Origin: a virus
Lineage: Duplodnaviria; Caudoviricetes
Virus record (IMG/VR): IMGVR_UViG_3300038797_000105
Span: 1-55,300 of that record
Strand: one strand, 5' to 3'
DNA length: 55,300 bases
Positions 52,140 through 55,300 of this stretch are shown one piece after another (positions within the stretch are counted from its first letter, which is position 1; every line of letters begins with the position of its first letter). The notes below the pieces were generated by a model. It searched no databases, was not told the DNA's origin, and saw nothing but the letters and a program-made list of their open reading frames with translations. The position numbers were made by a program, and so were the translations under genes.

Positions 52140-52717
52140 GCAAGATCGGCTGGAGCAAGGCGCCACAAGGGGCAAACCAGTACCAGCCCGCAGCCACACC
52201 CAATAACCGCCCCGTTTTTTGGCGAGTTGAAGACGGTGCAGCGCGCGAGGTGTGGGCTATGAACCCCGATGGCACCGTGCGCGACCACTTCACCTATGGT
52301 CCTGAGGGATGCCTGGCTTTCTTCCCTTGGCGCTGCATCGTCAAGCCTGTCGATTGGAATGGCGAAGGCCTGGCGCCCGTTGGTGCTGATGTCGAATGCA
52401 CATTCGCTGTTGAAGACAAGAAGATCTGGCATCGCGGGGCCGTCGTTTATCGTGGCGTGCAACCAGAAGGTGACGATTTCATCGTCGTGAAGACGGAGCA
52501 GTTTTCTGCCTGCTACCGAGAAGGCGGGGGCATGGTGCGGCCGTACCGAACACCGGAACAACGCGCAGAAGAAGTCCGCAAGGTTGAAATCGCCGAGCTG
52601 GCTGATGACATATCGGCTTATCAGGATCACCAGGACCCAGGCGAGCGGCATTTCAGGTTGGCCACCTTCCTGATCGACCAGGGCTACGGAAAGCAGGTGA
52701 AGACATGTCCGACCTGA
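52136..52717 (+). CDS. Hypothetical protein
   Basis: WSKAP-GA and WNGEGL-PVG motifs; coupled. Confidence 0.75.
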   Translation: MSKIGWSKAPQGANQYQPAATPNNRPVFWRVEDGAAREVWAMNPDGTVRDHFTYGPEGCLAFFPWRCIVKPVDWNGEGLAPVGADVECTFAVEDKKIWHRGAVVYRGVQPEGDDFIVVKTEQFSACYREGGGMVRPYRTPEQRAEEVRKVEIAELADDISAYQDHQDPGERHFRLATFLIDQGYGKQVKTCPT

Positions 52718-53127
52718 TCGAAGTGAAGACGACCGACCTGGTCGGCGAGGCGCTGGGGTGGGCCGTGGGCAAGGCGGAAGGTCTGGACGTGTTCCTGGCA
52801 CCACCCGGCTACAACGGCGTGCCCTGGCGCGTGTTCGCCCGGCACCAGGGCCAGGCCATCGAGCACACCAAACGCTACAACCCGTGGGAAGACTGGGCGC
52901 TGGGTGGGCCCCTGGCTGTGAAATATCAGGTCTCGCTCATCCCGGAAGCCCATGAAGGGCCCGAGGGCACTGAGATGTCGGAGCGCTGGCGGGCCAGCGT
53001 TTACTACAAGGCCGGCGAGCACTACGGCACGGACTATTGCGACACCGCCCTGATTGCTGCGAGCCAGGCAGTAGTCGCCACTGAGTTCGGCGATACCGTC
53101 CAGGTGCCCAAGGAGCTGCTGTTGTGA
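52705..53127 (+). CDS. NinX/DUF2591-like protein
   Basis: L-GEALGWAVGKAEG..YNP-EDWALGGPL. Confidence 0.75.
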   Translation: MSDLIEVKTTDLVGEALGWAVGKAEGLDVFLAPPGYNGVPWRVFARHQGQAIEHTKRYNPWEDWALGGPLAVKYQVSLIPEAHEGPEGTEMSERWRASVYYKAGEHYGTDYCDTALIAASQAVVATEFGDTVQVPKELLL

Positions 53128-53318
53128 TCCCGCGCAAAGGCTATTTACGCCGAAAGCTCGAAGCCACCCTGTTACGTCTGGCGGCCTCAATCCTCATGGG
53201 CCGCAACGTCAACAGGTCGCTGGTTGTAAGCCGGCGCGACAACAACGACATGTGGCACATGGCCGAAAGGCTCGAGTCCATTGCCGATCGCATCTCCAGC
53301 GGCTACCCAAACGCCTAA
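53124..53318 (+). CDS. Hypothetical protein
   Basis: Coupled; AGGAG RBS. Confidence 0.6.
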   Translation: MIPRKGYLRRKLEATLLRLAASILMGRNVNRSLVVSRRDNNDMWHMAERLESIADRISSGYPNA

Positions 53319-53374
53319 CCCCTCCCCCAACCACTCAAGCCCGCCGACATGCGCGGGCATGGAGAGCTATTGCC

Positions 53375-53788
53375 ATGACGAAAGAAGAACTGGCCGCCCA
53401 ACTGAACGGCCTCGAATACCCGACCCGCATCCCCGGCGCGCTGATCGTCGCAGCACAGAGTGCTGGCCTGGTGATCCTCTGCGGAGCCAGCGACGACCTG
53501 ATGGAATTCTACGGCGCCCGGCGTGAGGAGATCGGCTGCTACGACGGTGGCACCGCATTCGTCGATGCAGATGGCGTCCTGCCTGATCGCGATTGCCTGG
53601 ATGGAGATGAGGAGCTCGCCGAGTACGTGCAGCGACAGAAGTCGGCCAAATCGATCGAGGCCCTGTGGTGTAAGGAAGACGGCTACAGCTGGACCTACAA
53701 GACCGAAATCCCGCACGCCACTTTTGAAGTAGCTGATGGCGACGAGCCGTATTGCCGCGGCATCGTCTTCTCTCTCACTGGGCTGTAA
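53375..53788 (+). CDS. Hypothetical protein
   Basis: GASDDLMEF and YCRGIVF motifs. Confidence 0.75.
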   Translation: MTKEELAAQLNGLEYPTRIPGALIVAAQSAGLVILCGASDDLMEFYGARREEIGCYDGGTAFVDADGVLPDRDCLDGDEELAEYVQRQKSAKSIEALWCKEDGYSWTYKTEIPHATFEVADGDEPYCRGIVFSLTGL

Positions 53789-53834
53789 CCCCTCCCCACC
53801 TCTGCCGCCATGCGCGGCGTGGAGACATGCATTC

Positions 53835-54251
53835 ATGGCAAACGCAACTGCTGCCAAGGTTTCCGCCATCGCGCCGCGGTTCATCCGATTCGGCGATGCG
53901 CCTGGCTATCTCGGCATGTGCCGGGACGAATTCAACAAAACCGTAAGACCACACGTTCAGGAATTCCCGATCGGGAAGCAGGGCGTGGCCTTTGATCGGC
54001 TGGAGCTGGATGAGTGGGCTGATGCCTACATCGCCGCGAAGTCGATTGAAAAAGCCTCCGTTCAGGACAACAATCGGCCCCGCAGCGAGCGCCAAGGGAA
54101 AGCCGACAAGGAGAACCCATGGCCAAAAAGGCAATCACAGGCCTCCAGAAAATGCCCAGCGGCATCTGGAAAATCGACAAAGTCTACCGGGGAGAGCGAA
54201 TTCAAGAGAGCACTGGCACTTGTGACCGGCAAGAGGCCGAGCAGTACCTGA
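53835..54251 (+). CDS. Excisionase-like protein
   Basis: APGYLGMCRDEF; overlaps integrase start. Confidence 0.7.
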   Translation: MANATAAKVSAIAPRFIRFGDAPGYLGMCRDEFNKTVRPHVQEFPIGKQGVAFDRLELDEWADAYIAAKSIEKASVQDNNRPRSERQGKADKENPWPKRQSQASRKCPAASGKSTKSTGESEFKRALALVTGKRPSST

Positions 54252-55300
54252 TCCACCTGCTGGAGAAAATGCGGCAGCGGAAAGTGTACGGCGTCCGGGA
54301 GATCAAGACGTTCGCCACGGCAGCGGCGAAGTACCTGGTCGAGAACAAAGAGCAGCCCTCCATTAGGCTCACAGCGCTTTATCTGGATCAGGTGGTCGAA
54401 TACATCGGCCACCTTCCATTGACGCACATTGATGACGAGGCGCTGGCGGACTACATCCGTGATCGCAAGGCTGATTCAGTGATGCCAGATGGGAAGGTGA
54501 AGAAAGGCGTCAGCAACAGGACGGTCAACATCGCGATCGAGCGAGTCATTCGCGTCCTGCAGTTGGCGTGCCGAAAGTGGCGGGATGAAGAGCGCAGGCC
54601 CTGGCTGGACAGCGTGCCGCTGCTCACCAAGCTGGATGAGAAGAAGTCGAGCCGACAGCCCTACCCGATGTCATGGGAGGAGCAATCGATTCTCTTCGGT
54701 GAGTTGCCAGACCATCTTCAGCGAATGGCCCTGTTCAAGGTGAACACGGGCTGTCGCGAACAGGAGGTCTGCAAGTTGAGGTGGGATTGGGAGATCTTCG
54801 TGCCGGAACTGGACGCCAGTGTGTTTCTGATACCTGCCGAGTTCGGCGGCAGGCATGAGAACTCTGGAGTCAAAAACCGGGAGGAGCGCCTAGTCGTGCT
54901 GAACAACGTCGCCAAGTCGATCATCGATGGGCAGCGCGGCATCAGTCGGGAGTGGGTTTTCCCATACAACGGCACCGCGATGCACCGGATGAACGACTCG
55001 GCCTGGAAGAAAGCGCGGATGCGTGCGGCAAAGCTCTGGCAGGAGCAACATTTGCGACCGGCGCACCCTGGGTTCGCTTCCATCAGGGTTCACGACCTGA
55101 AGCATACATTCGGACGAAGACTGAAAGCAGCAGCCGTCAGCTTGGAAGATCGCAAGTCGTTACTTGGCCACAAAAGCGGAAGCGTGACCAGTCACTACTC
55201 CGGCGCGGAGATTGGTCAGATGATAGATGCGGCAAACAAGGTATCAGCCACCGACTCGCGTGGACCAGTGCTGACAATTTTGAAGAGGAGGATCGGATGA
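54119..55300 (+). CDS. int: Tyrosine integrase (intact)
   Basis: TGCREQE, HDLKHTF, LLGH, TSHYS. Confidence 0.95.
   Translation: MAKKAITGLQKMPSGIWKIDKVYRGERIQESTGTCDRQEAEQYLIHLLEKMRQRKVYGVREIKTFATAAAKYLVENKEQPSIRLTALYLDQVVEYIGHLPLTHIDDEALADYIRDRKADSVMPDGKVKKGVSNRTVNIAIERVIRVLQLACRKWRDEERRPWLDSVPLLTKLDEKKSSRQPYPMSWEEQSILFGELPDHLQRMALFKVNTGCREQEVCKLRWDWEIFVPELDASVFLIPAEFGGRHENSGVKNREERLVVLNNVAKSIIDGQRGISREWVFPYNGTAMHRMNDSAWKKARMRAAKLWQEQHLRPAHPGFASIRVHDLKHTFGRRLKAAAVSLEDRKSLLGHKSGSVTSHYSGAEIGQMIDAANKVSATDSRGPVLTILKRRIG

Larger units (their letters stand above)
4129..55300. mobile_element. Apparently intact lambdoid siphovirus prophage (other att expected just beyond the window)
   Basis: Full gene set: lysis, tail, head, terminase, Q, replication, cro/cI, recombination, xis/int. 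Confidence 0.93.

Overview
Almost the whole window is temperate phage DNA in a high-GC host, most likely Pseudomonas judging from the protein families. Bases 1-120 are the 3' end of a PL7 alginate-lyase-like gene. About 200-4128 is the integrase end of a decayed prophage whose integrase carries a nonsense mutation and a frameshift. It ends in a duplicated 3' half of tRNA-Pro(GGG) at 4081-4128, an att core. From 4129 to the window end lies an apparently intact lambdoid siphophage prophage of at least 51 kb, integrated in tandem at the same tRNA. Its minus strand carries spanins and endolysin, tail, head, terminase, holins, a com cassette, Q, nin genes, O/P replication, antirepressor and cro. 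Its plus strand carries cI, the PL early operon (RecT/YqaJ, HNH, C5-methyltransferase), xis and an intact integrase. The most unusual signals are: (1) a GC hairpin repeat at which three unrelated antisense morons end, resembling a cassette junction; (2) a bipartite palindrome CGCGCCAC-RAAT..ATTTGTGGTGCG in three dispersed copies; (3) CCCT-N4-AGGG palindromes next to two tandem pairs of small ribbon-helix-helix-like genes; (4) a com + unknown-gene cassette with a candidate antisense RNA in the Q-holin slot; (5) a ~600-nt structured, GGA-rich PL leader containing a Met-Lys-stop minigene; (6) a stand-alone TIR-domain gene; and (7) a scar suggesting a GH19 endolysin was replaced by another lysin. 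All family assignments come from motif recognition by eye; no database searches were run.
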